A DNA stretch of 61,539 bases, the filler included, from Catajapyx aquilonaris (Eukaryota): the NCBI GenBank assembly GCA_000934665.2. It is 2 parts of 2 records of this genome, joined end to end, with 100 filler letters (N's around TTAATTAATTAA, not from the genome) between each part and the next. Parts side by side here need not be neighbours in the genome. Positions count along the whole stretch, not along the records: positions 1 to 30,727 come from JYFJ02004619.1; 1 more part is not named here. One strand, written 5' to 3'. Shown one piece after another: positions 1 to 10,837 of the stretch. A model generated the notes under the pieces. It had not been told where the DNA came from. It did not search any database and saw only the letters and a program-made list of their open reading frames with translations. The stretch's first letter is position 1, and every line of letters starts with the position of its first letter. Made by a program: the position numbers and the translations under genes.

Positions 1-161
1 GTACAGATGCATGGTGGGCATGGAGAACTTCGAGTTATAGCAATTCGAGTTAGGGAAGTTTATTTCCTATTATTTTACATTGTGACCAACCAAGCTCATC
101 ATTTTCTTCGACTTATAGAGAACTTCGACTTAGGGAAGTTCGACTTATGGGAGTTTTACTG
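1..161. mobile_element. Right end of a pogo/Tigger-like MITE (truncated by the window start)
   Basis: Repeated TTCGA(G/C)TTA subterminal motifs end in GGGAGTTTTACTG, the reverse complement of a CAGTAAAACTCC pogo-type terminus. The same terminus occurs at 37591-37604. Confidence 0.55.
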
Positions 162-767
162 ATATTTTATTGTACTTATTTTTGTATGGAAGTCTAGTTG
201 CAAATCCCACAAAATCCCGGAATGACCATATGATACGAACTCACGTGAGGTGGCCAATTAGCGCAATTGGTGGATGCGTTGAATTTACGGCAATGCTTTA
301 ATTTCCTATAGGTATTGTTGCATAAGGGCATTTCCATGGGAATATGAATTGATATATTGTTATTTGATGTTTATGTAAGTTAATTGTTGAGACCCGTGAA
401 GTGAGAAGATTCGGGAATATGCGTGTTGTGGGAGTTAGGTACATTTTCGGAAGCTGAAACATGCGGCGTTAGAATCCTTGGAAAATGTAACCCCCGATAT
501 GCTAATTTAAGGCCGTGTAAGGGCCTTCCCCTGGATTTCTGTAAGGGACAAACAAACTGACAAACTTCCTTATTTATAGATATAGAGACTAGTGTAGGAG
601 ACGTAACAGGTTATACTTTTTGAGCCGTATTATTCAATTTTGTGAAATAATTATCTCCTCAACATTTATCATTATCAGCTTTTTCAGTGGCATTTCATTT
701 TTTCTGTTCATTATACTATTATCATGTTATTTTTATTGGAATTAGTTCATTATGTTTATTAGCTATA

Positions 768-770
<3 letters not shown>

Positions 771-810
<40 letters not shown>

Positions 811-882
811 CCCTCACGACATTTCCCTATAAGGGGTAGTCAGCGATGATGGGAGCCGCAAGCTAACCCAAAATATGAACTA
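771..882 (-). repeat. Dispersed microsatellite-tailed retroelement 3' end (LINE/SINE tail), copy 1
   Basis: Reverse complement of the CATCGCTGACTACCCCT...GGGAAATGTCGTG + (ATG)n motif that also occurs at ~29050-29222, ~34472-34575 and ~60211-60742. Confidence 0.6.
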
Positions 883-944
883 AATTATTAGTTATTAGAT
901 ATTGATAATTATATTTAATGTAGTCATTAATAATTATAACATTA

Positions 945-1266
945 CTAGCTGCGGCACCCGGCGTTGCCCGCCCGGAAGAAATGAATGAAGGGAAAACACC
1001 TGCCAGTATAGCCCCGTCAACTGTCTGTCATTCTGTGTGTCCGCCCTCTAATGCCATCTGTGGTCCTCCTACTCCAACACCTTCAACCTCTCCCGCCTGT
1101 ATAACGGCAACCGTCATTTGCCTACCATCTGTAGTCAACCCCCAACACCTCCATTCTCTCCCGGCCTGGGGGTGGAGCACAGATGGCTGGCAAATGACGG
1201 TTAGCAGGCGGACAGACAAACAGAGAGACAGACAGACAGACTCACACACGGGTTTATTTATGTAGA
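945..1266 (-). mobile_element. Non-autonomous Helitron
   Basis: On the minus strand it starts A|TC at 1266, contains a (CTGT)n tract and a GC-rich subterminal hairpin, and ends CTAG|T at 945. Confidence 0.65.
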
Positions 1267-1443
1267 TTAGTTATTTATTGTTTATTAGTCACAAATTGTT
1301 ATTCGACTTGAGGTTATTTTTATAGAGATATAAAATTTCATTTAATTTCGAATTAAATTCAAATATTTTATTTTATTAAGGAACAAAAACTTTGAAGATT
1401 CGTGTGATGTATAGGCTATAAAATTAAACCCGGAACTCCCAAT

Positions 1444-2702
1444 TTATTCAGAGGTTTTCCGTCGAATAGGTTTTGCCAACAGGTCCGTGGTGTTGTAGAG
1501 CACCCAGCGAGCCATCTGTCCGAAGGTCCTGTCGTACCCCTTGATGTTCTCCTCGTTGAAGTCGAAGTCTTGGATGCCTGTCTCTTCCACGTCCTCCTTG
1601 GCGCCCCCTCCCCTCCAGCGGCTCAGAAGGTGCACCGTGTAGTACCCGTCCTGCCACCCGCCCCACTCGTGCAGATACAGTTCATCTATCAGGTACCGGA
1701 CGCCGAAGTACTCCTTGACTCGATGAACCAGCTCCGGGTGTTGGTACAGCACGCTGGTGGTCGGAAGCTCACCACCGTTGTAGTACCACCTCTCAGGGTC
1801 GTAGTGCCGGTACGTGTCTAGGTACTTCAGAAGGAACCGGGCGTTCTTGTGAGCCACGAATATCTGCGAAGGTGGGACAGTCACTTTGGGCAGAGGAACA
1901 GAGTGTTCAGTACCTACCTGGTTTCCTAAGAACTGGTTGTCATCCCATGCGATGGTCATCTCGTACTTCCGGAAGGGATCCAGACTCCTGATCATCATAG
2001 TGTCACTATCCAGGTATATCCCTCCGTACGCTCTTAGTACCTGAAAAAGATCGCGTGATGAGTACAATGCATTGTGTGGCATCCAATATGTGTACAGTAC
2101 TGTACATATCTATTTCGAACCTAAGAACGTATACAGATCCCCCAAAGCTTGATCAACACAACTGACCTGAAGCCTGGAAATGTCCGAGTAGTGCCAGATA
2201 TGAAAATCTCCACGCTGACCATTGATGTCCAGTTCCAATCGCTTAAACTTGACCTTAAGTATGTTGCCCAGGCGTTGATTAAGCTTCTCCCAGTAGTACC
2301 CTGTCGTGTTGAGTCTGTTCGTGTGAATGTATATGTGCGTCGGATTCTGTACCTTGTGAGCAGCGATGATGCACAAGTACTCCACGAATGACAGATAGTC
2401 CATGTTGAACCTGTAGAAAGTTGGTTGATATTTCGTCCCTGTTTGCGCTCGTGTGAATACTACCTTACAAAGTGGACAATATTGGGCACGATGTAATGGT
2501 CCACTCCTGTCAAGTTGTCGAATCCTTCGAACGACTCAGGGCTCTGGTATTCCACAGCTCGTTTCACAACTTGATGCGGAATCGGGGTGGTTGCTAGGGT
2601 CGCACGAGAGCGACGTTCGAACAGCATGATCGCTAGCACCACGAAAAAAATCAGGATCGCAAGTCGTTTGAGTCTGGTCGGAATATGTATTGTCTTCCTC
2701 AT
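1444..2702 (-). CDS. GT32 / DXD-motif glycosyltransferase (alpha-1,4-glycosyltransferase family, type II membrane), 4 exons, 341 aa
   Basis: Exons 2702-2464, 2410-2167, 2040-1918 and 1863-1444 join in frame across GT-AG introns (1026 nt). The protein has an N-terminal TM anchor (LAILIFFVVLAIMLF) and the motifs IVPNIVHFVR, HYSDISRLQVL and YGGIYLDSD (DXD). Confidence 0.9.
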
Positions 2703-3337
2703 TGGTCTGTTGAAGAAAGTGCGGATTGTTTGTTACGGTGACGTCAATCTGAACTTGACATAATCAGAATTTCTAGAGATGAGGTCACAAAAATTAGTTG
2801 TAAAACTTACGTAGCTTCGAACAACTCACGGTGAATGAAGATAGGACAGGTTTGAACCACTATTGTAGACTGAATGTGCAAATGATGAGGTGGATAACAC
2901 ATTCTGAGTATGTTAACACCTGTACCAGTATTTTTTCTTTATTGTACTTCATGAAAGGGTTTCACTACAAAAGAATCACTAAGCAGGCTATATTCAACAA
3001 TAAGCCAGCTGCCCCCGAATAAAATCATGCCTGTAGAGTCGGAAAACCTGATAACGTCTTAACGTGATAAGTTCTGGAAACTCTCCCTCTTATCTGGTGC
3101 TCTTATCAGTTCTCACCTGTAGGGAGTGGGGTTGCCGCTTCGGCGCTACTGTAGTAGGGTGTGAGCTGATAACGGCCCGCTGCGACTCCTATCCCAGCCT
3201 TGTCGCAGCGGGGGTTGACATGTAACTGTCAAGTTATGCTGATCTAAATCAATTTATTGCACACGGTTTACAGTACTACGTTCATGTAACAAAGTAGGCT
3301 TCTGATCATGCGCAAACTACAAAATACAGTACAGTTC

Positions 3338-4118
3338 TTATGTCTTTCCTGTGCTGATGTTGCAGCCTCTGGTGTAATCACGGAGGTCCTTGTCACGACA
3401 GGTAGGGTCCCATGACCCGAAGGCATTGAACCTTCCTTCGTACTTGGATCCGTATATTGTCTTCACGCACTCTATATCGTCATGAAGGTCATCATCTCTC
3501 AACTCTGGGGGGAAAGGAGAGGCCATAATGTCACTTGAGAAGTTCAGTCAGTGGCTGATAAATTCGGCGATATTCAAATAGAAAATGGCAAACGCAGACT
3601 TACTATCGCATGGTACGCGGCACATTCCTCCGTCGGCGCAGTACTTTCCCGCAATCTGTAATGTGAAAGAAATTAAGTTTCCTTACAGAACGCTCGTGAG
3701 GTTTGGCTCCACCTCTTTCCAAATTTTACGCATGCGCAAGGCAAAAAAAAGTGTATACATTTCGTAGCGCATGCGTATAACTTGGGGGATAGAGTCAGGT
3801 TTCACGTCTAACGTCTAAGGTTACGGTTGCACCGATTTCGTGAAATATTTTCCGGCTGGAAAAGAGCCAGAAATGTTCGGCGAAACCAGATTCGGTGAAA
3901 CCTGGCTTCGTTTTCGTTCAATTTTTTGGTCGTTACGGTAACTTCGACGAAACGTGAAACTGAAACATCCTGGATCAAATCGGAACAAGTGGTCCATTCC
4001 GCGCCCAGTTCGTTCCCGTGTGAACAACTCACTTGGAAAATCCCGTAGTAAGTTTCCCCCGACGTTTCCGTCACGGTTCCAGTGTCCAGTTTCCCTCCTT
4101 CGTTTCCAATGCACGCAA

Positions 4119-4150
<32 letters not shown>

Positions 4151-5551
4151 TTCCACAAAATAATAACCCCCGAAACGTGAAATCGGCCGAAAACGTGACC
4201 CCAAAAAGTTCCGTCATGTAGTGACAGAGTGCTCAATTTTCTGGCAATCATGTGACTCTAAGCTGCTTATTTGTAACAGTTACTGTAGTCGTTATCAAGT
4301 TTTTAACAATTTTGTGAATATAAGCTATAACCGTTATTTTAGCGGCTATCAAATTAATTTTCAGTTTTGTGAATTCAAACTGCTTATTTTACTAGACAGC
4401 TCTCCTGTAACAGTTATTGTACAGTATATATGGGGTTATCAAACTTTTTTGTCGTTTTAGTTATTGACAAATTCAGCCTAAGCTGCTTATATTGTATCCC
4501 GTATACCTGGCAACCCCGTCCGGCGGGCCAATTCAAACATCGGCCCATGGAGAGCGCTTCCATTGTTGCCACTGTTTACAAATCGAGTGAGTGACGCGGA
4601 CGACCCAGCGACGGGTCTCTTCTGCCTTCGCACTCACTGACTCGATTTGTAAGCATTGCAACAATGGAAGCGCTCTCCATGTGCCGATGTTTGAATTGGC
4701 CCGCCGGACGGGGTGGCCAGGTTACGGGCTACAATATAAGCAGCTTAGGCTGAATTTGTCAATAACTAAAACGACCAAAAAAAGTTTGATCACCCTGTAT
4801 ATGGGGTTATAAAAAGTGTTAGAAATTTTGTGACTCTAAGCTGTTTATTATTAAGCAGGTACTTTGTAACGGTTACATTAGTAGATTTATGTATGAGCTA
4901 CAAATACAAATAAAAAACTATCTTGTGACAGTTATTGTAACTTAGTGGTTATCAAAGGTAGTAGCAATATTGTGACTAAGCCGCTTATTATTAAGCATCG
5001 TAGCAACTACATTGTAACGGTTATTTTGGTGGTTATCAAAAGTATGATTTCGCAATTTTGTGAATCTCAACTGCTTATTGTTAAACAACTACTTTGTAAC
5101 AGTTGCATTAGTGGTTATGTATTACAAGTATTAGCTGCAAATAGTCTGGTTTGGAATTGCACGTGTGTTGAAGGCGGTAATGTGCAACCCCATGTAACCG
5201 ACTAATATTTATACAATATAAAAATAGCTGTTAATAATCAACTTAACTAAAACAACGCTTTAAAAAGAGCTTTTCAAAATATTTTAAGGAGCTTTTTTTA
5301 TTTTAAAAAAAGCTACTGAGTGTGTTGTTAATATGGTGCATGTACAAAAATTTTGAGTGCTGCTAGGTTTTGACATTTAACTAATATACCGGTATTACAT
5401 TTAATTGAGATTGAATTAACTTACAGCTGTTAACCACGCTTCTGTCGAAGTGTTGCACCAACAGTTTGGCAAAGTCGCACCTCTCGTACGATATTCCCAT
5501 CACCACGTGTGATCCCAATAGGCCTGCGACTATCACCAGGTGCGACAACAT
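3338..5551 (-). CDS. c-type lysozyme-like secreted protein (GH22 fold), 4 exons, 143 aa, probably non-catalytic
   Basis: Exons 5551-5425, 4118-4033, 3655-3604 and 3504-3338 splice in frame (432 nt). Translation: signal peptide, YERCDFAKLL...FACIGNEGG...YYGIFQIAGKYC...MCRVPCDKLRDDDLHDDIECVKTIY...W...C...C. All 8 cysteines are present. Confidence 0.9.
4425..4801. mobile_element. Palindromic MITE/foldback in lysozyme intron 1
   Basis: Imperfect inverted arms of ~170 bp (4425-4595 vs ~4630-4801). The right end reads TATACAGGGTGATC on the minus strand, a Tc1/mariner-like terminus. Confidence 0.7.
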
Positions 5552-5590
5552 CTCGACTCATTCTAGTTACGATCTACTGTGCCACTATAT

Positions 5591-5597
5591 TTTTATA
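5591..5597 (-). promoter_or_regulatory. TATA box of the lysozyme-like gene
   Basis: TATAAAA on the minus strand, 40 nt upstream of the ATG at 5551. Confidence 0.55.
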
Positions 5598-6430
5598 GCC
5601 CATCTGTGGCGCATGTGGTGGAACATACAATCATATTTGACAAATATTTGCGATGAAAAGAGGGCACGCACTTAATGACATCAAAATGCTACCGAATGCA
5701 TAAGTAGCAGTGCAATTGCCATACAGGCCTTGAACTACTGTGAAAGTTGCTATTTCCAGGCGGATCCATTGTGTACTATTGTTGGGTTCCGAGAGGCTCA
5801 AAAGGTGATTGTATGATAACTGAAAACCAGATGAATCATCTGGTAAGTTATGTATTTTCAGTAAAAAACATCCTCAGGTAAATAAAATGTATATTAATCC
5901 ATATAACAGTCAGTGTCTGTGCATATATGCAGCCATTTTAGATTCTCTTCACTGTTAATTTTGTCACCATTGACAGCCATTTGAAATCCACATCTGACAC
6001 TCCTACCCCAGCCTAATGGGGACCCCGTGAGCTTACTTGCTCCCACAGCTCTTGCTCCCACTCGTAGGGAGGGGAGTTGCCACTTCGGCGCTGCCCCTAC
6101 TCCCCGAACGACAGTGGCGGTCCTGGCGGACTACTACTAAAGCTGCCTCTAAAAGCAGTGCGTCGATATATCGATGCGAACCCATATCGATGCACCGCTT
6201 CAGTAATCGTCCGCCAGGAGAGTGTGGAGGCTACAGCAGCGCCGAAGCGGCAATTCACTCTTGATTGATGAGAACTAAGCTGCGACTCTGCGAACGTGCT
6301 GATCCAGCTGTGGTGCTGTCGTCCGCAGGAACCGCCATAAGAACTCTGGAGCGACACCAGCTACCGTAGTACCCACCAGTAATTGAGTAAACAGTAATCT
6401 GACACGCCCGTTTAATTTAAGAAAAACAAA

Positions 6431-8259
6431 TTACGCCAGATACATGTCGTCATTCACGACCAGCCCAACTTGCAGCTTATTCAACCCCGCAATCATCCTC
6501 TGCTTCTCATCCAGCGATAAGTCCCTGAGGTTCTTCCCTGCCAGGAACGCGTACCGAAGACAGTCTCCGAACCCGTCCAGGACATGAAAGATGGCGTTGG
6601 AAGTCAGAGAGTCACCAGTCAGCTCCAGGAGTCGCAGAAGAGAGAGTCTGCGACGTCGAGCGATCTTGCTCACCAGTGAATCACACAGAACCGGGTCTTG
6701 TCCGGCATAAAAGTGGAGCTCGGTCAGACTACAAGCGTGGTCAAGCAGGTAGTGGACATGCCATTGCTCCAGTCCGCCGCAGCTGAACAGACGCAACTTC
6801 TGGAGACGCTGGAATCGGGGCGGCTCGTAGGCTTTACCCGGGGCCATCTCGCATCCGACCAGTATCAACGATGTGAGGTTAGGACACACCCTGGACACCT
6901 CGATCAAGTCCAGGTCCGTGAAGGTAATCAACGTCAGATCGGACAGTCCGGGAAGGACGGTCGAAAACACGTCGGAGAAACGGTGGCACGACGCGACGCT
7001 CAGTGTGGCCAGACGCGGAAAGCACGTGGACACACTAGACAACACCCTCAACTCATGGGGCGTCCCACCAGTCAGGTTCAGATCACGTAGCTGCACCAAG
7101 TCGTTGATTGGCATGTCCTGTCCTTCGTGTCCGGTCAGGTTGACCTCCAGCTTCTGCAGGTTGGGGAAACTCGCGGTCAGCTTGTCCAAGTGAGTCGGGC
7201 AGGCCAGGGTGCCCACCAGGTCACGCATGTTGCGGTACGGCCCTCGCATGCAACGGGACACCATCTCGGACATGATGGAAGCCGGGACGACGAACCGCTC
7301 CAGGTTAGAGAAATTGTCCAGGATCAGGACAGCTCTGGAGGCGGTCATGCTGTCGTGGGTGATGCCGAACACTCTCAGGTTGGCACACCTGGACAGCCTG
7401 TCAGTAAAATTTGCTTGGGTCTGTCGTAGGTGAGTCATTACAGAAAAATTATTTTACGATCGCAACAGAGTGCGCACCCACACTCGCGCAGCTTCATTGT
7501 CATAAGCCTGTTTACGCCATCGCGATTGGCAACGTCGCAATAAACGTCGGCCATTTTGTTTCTTCCCAAGCGTAGCGTTGGAAATAAGTGCAACTCACTA
7601 GGTTTTATACAGAGAGCTTACCAGCCATCATTGATAATTCCAACAGTGCACTCTGCGCGAAGTGTGGTGCGCACTCGGTTGCGCCATCTATGTGATAGAA
7701 ATGGCACTACGTCCACCACAGCTGACCTGTGTATGTTGCGACGTGACAGCCGACATGTGAACTCGACAACCTCCAGCTGCCTACACCTCTGTGATAGGCT
7801 GCCCAACACTGCCTGATCTACCGTCACTCCCTCCATCCTCAGCCTCCGAAGCTGCCCTGCCTCGGTGACCCAGCACTGGCTCATGACCTCAGTATCCGGC
7901 CCCGGGATGACCCTAAGCTCCTGGAGACAGCGCATCATGGAGCTCCTGAAGATGAGCTCGGTCCATGCCACGGAGTAATACGAGGGGATAACCAGCCTGG
8001 TGCAGCACGGGTGCAATGCAGCTGACATGTTGGGGGTAGCCGGCGCGTAACTACCGTTGCGTCGCCTGCCTGAACCCAAGTTCAGCAGATGGGACATGTA
8101 CTCGTCTGCGAGGAAGTACGGGATTTCTCGGGACACGAACTCCCGGATCCCGCTCTCTGATTGGCCCGGTTCCAGGTTGACGCACCATCTTACCACAGCC
8201 TTCACCAAGCTTCGGAGGGAGTCGGTTCTAAGCGATTCGGGACACTTCTCTCTGGCCAT
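6431..8259 (-). CDS. Leucine-rich-repeat protein (RNI/F-box-LRR-like repeats), 2 coding exons, ~499 aa
   Basis: Exons 8259-7727 and 7397-6431 join in phase 2 (AG|GTCAGC...ACAG|G; 1500 nt). Repeated LxxLxL / CPNLxxLxL motifs (FPNLQKLEV, CFPRLATLSV, CPNLTSLIL). Confidence 0.8.
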
Positions 8260-9770
8260 TGGCTGAAGGCAGCACGTGACGCTACTGGTCGAACTCAGAA
8301 AGGAGAGACGATTATGCTGTAAAGAAATATTTGTCAGAAATGATATGCACGTTTAGACTTTAGAGTAGCCTCTGGCGTCACATCGCGCATGCAGCCAAGA
8401 GTCCACCCAGGAATATCGATATATCGGTACATCGTGAAGGAAAATATAAATACATAAGGAGGGCCATTTAAGTATGATATCTGTGTCAGTGATTGTTGGC
8501 TACTATCAACATACTATCAGTTAATTTTTCTCACTAAGCTGCTTATTCTTAAGCTTACACAGTTACTTTTAGCTATTGTCAAAAGTCTTGGCGTGTACAA
8601 ATCCTTTGCATTTATGAGATCAAATTCTGCTTAATATTGGCAGCTAATACCGTTAAAGTAACTGGTTAATAATAAGCAGCTTGCAACAGCAATAGGACAG
8701 TTGGATCATCCTGTCACTAGAATACAGACATGTATAATTACTTACCAGTTTCTTAGCAGATTTCAATGAGGGTTGATTATTTTCCTGAAACGAATTTTGG
8801 AGCCATATATTGTTACGTCTGTGACAATGACAAATGAAAGTGTAACTCACTTTTTCTTAGTTAATTATTCTGCGTGGATGTGTCCACAGAGCAGAGAAGT
8901 CTCTCAATGCTCTAATTAGCTTCTAAGCAGTACAACAAAGGTAATGTGTTACCGCGTAACTCAGCAACAGCCGGTTCTTTCATTGTTGTGTGACTTCAGG
9001 GCAACAATATATTTTGCAGACACATTAATGGTGCCAAAATGACATTATTTTTTTGTACAAAACAACCGATCCAGTAGCATTTATCTGAATAATTCGCAAT
9101 ATTTTAGTAACCTACAGGAAGTCCACCACAGGCCAACAATGGATGCAATACAGTGAGACAGTGATGACGACACACCCAATTCTGCAATGCGTGGAATATT
9201 AATAATATTGCAATCTTTGTCGTTTACGGCGGAAAATAATGAGCCAATCAACCAACCGGAAATTATTAGCTAAAAATTGCGTTATATGACTTGGTATACG
9301 TCATTCCATTCATTTTTATGTTCTTTGTTAAAAATAATTTATGTGCGTCAATAGCACAATCCGACCTTGATGAATTTGTCACATAATATATTGGCGAACA
9401 ATAAAAAACTTTCAAATGCTGATGATAGTTTACTATTTTTGATTACGCCATTGAGTTTTTTTTGTCTATTTTAATAATTTCTTTTCTTTCTTTCTTTACT
9501 CATTCATTGACAGGAGTTATTAATGAATTCAACTATCATTTATTAGTTATTTATTCATTCAGTCATCTGTGTATGTATTAGTTGAATGTATTCATTCAAT
9601 CATCTATGTATTAGTTGTATATTCATTCAATTATTTATTTATTCATTCACTGAATCATTCATGCGATAAGTCGTTTATTTAATAGTTATTCGTTCATTCG
9701 TTCATTCATTCATTCAGTTATTTATTTTTTATTTCGTTCATTTAGTTATTAACTAGTTATTTCGTTATAC

Positions 9771-10124
9771 TGTAGTTAGTTAATGACTGGGAGAGCGTGT
9801 TCCCGGAGATTGGCCTTAGTTGCCTTGGCTCCTTCCCTTCGATCAAAGGAGAGTCTCCCTCCCGTAACCTTCTCCCCGGATATTCTGTGGCCCTGGCAAG
9901 CCGGATCGCATCGGGAGCGTTCCCCTCTGCTCCCCCGTCACGCCCACGCACCTCCATTTTGGGTCCAGACCATCAGGGACCACCATCCACTTTGGATCCC
10001 CCCTCGTGGCTCCAGCGGACAATCGATCTGTGTCCTGGAGACTCCCGTCTCAGATGGGGCGCTCCAAACAGGACCTTTCCCATCAGGGGAACATCCTTCA
10101 AAAGGGGGTGTCATCATTTCTACA
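9771..10124. repeat. Candidate solo LTR / repeat fragment
   Basis: GC-rich island in AT-rich DNA bounded by TGTAG...CTACA. No target-site duplication is visible. Confidence 0.25.
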
Positions 10125-10693
10125 CACCCATTATTCCAGCTCGCCATTGTTGTGAGTCTCAGTTGACCTTGATGAGATCATGCATTGCAAGACACACACG
10201 AATTTATCATAAGGAAAAGAACCGTGTTGCCAACCTAGAATTATTGCAGACACGAATTGAACTTCACCGACCGTGTCAAAAGTTGCCCAATTCAGTTGGC
10301 GCTCTTGCCTTTTGTCGTCAACGGAACAATCGTTTACTTTGGTTTATTTACTTATCTACATTAGTGTTTATGCAAGGCATATATTATTTACCTCGCTTTT
10401 TATAATCGCATTTCCTTTAATTTTATTTATTTATTTACTTGTTGTTATTTGATTTCTGTTATTTGTGCATGTATTTATTTTTACATCTTTACTTACAGTT
10501 AGACATTTATACATTTTAATAACATGTTTATTAATCACTGGCACATTTTATTGTCATTCGTTTGCTCACATAATTATAAGCAAGGCATAACCGTGAGGTT
10601 CTAAATTTTAACCAGGTTGGTGAAACCCGCCCTTTGTCATATATTTACATCGTTTTTATTTACGTGGGTATAATGTAGATCGGGTCAGAACCG

Positions 10694-10837
10694 TATGCCA
10701 ACATCGGCCCAACACCGGATGCCAACGTCGGCCCGATGTGACAAAAAGTTAACCGTTTTACATTGGCCCGACATCGCTCCCCAACACTGGCCCGGTGTCA
10801 TTCGCCGATATCGGGCCAACGAAGTGTGCTACCTGGG
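10694..10837. mobile_element. Right end of a non-autonomous DNA transposon (CCCAG-type terminus)
   Basis: Repeated CATCGGCCC-like subterminal motifs ending GTGCTACCTGGG|TA. Confidence 0.4.

Noticed and set aside
6030..6370. Overlapping short ORFs, and similarity to 3110-3200
   Set aside because: The shared GTAGGGAG.GG.GTTGCC.CTTCGGCGCT motif suggests a degraded dispersed repeat. There is no protein-like signal.
6698..7433. Plus-strand ORFs overlapping the LRR gene
   Set aside because: Antisense shadows of a GC-rich coding exon.
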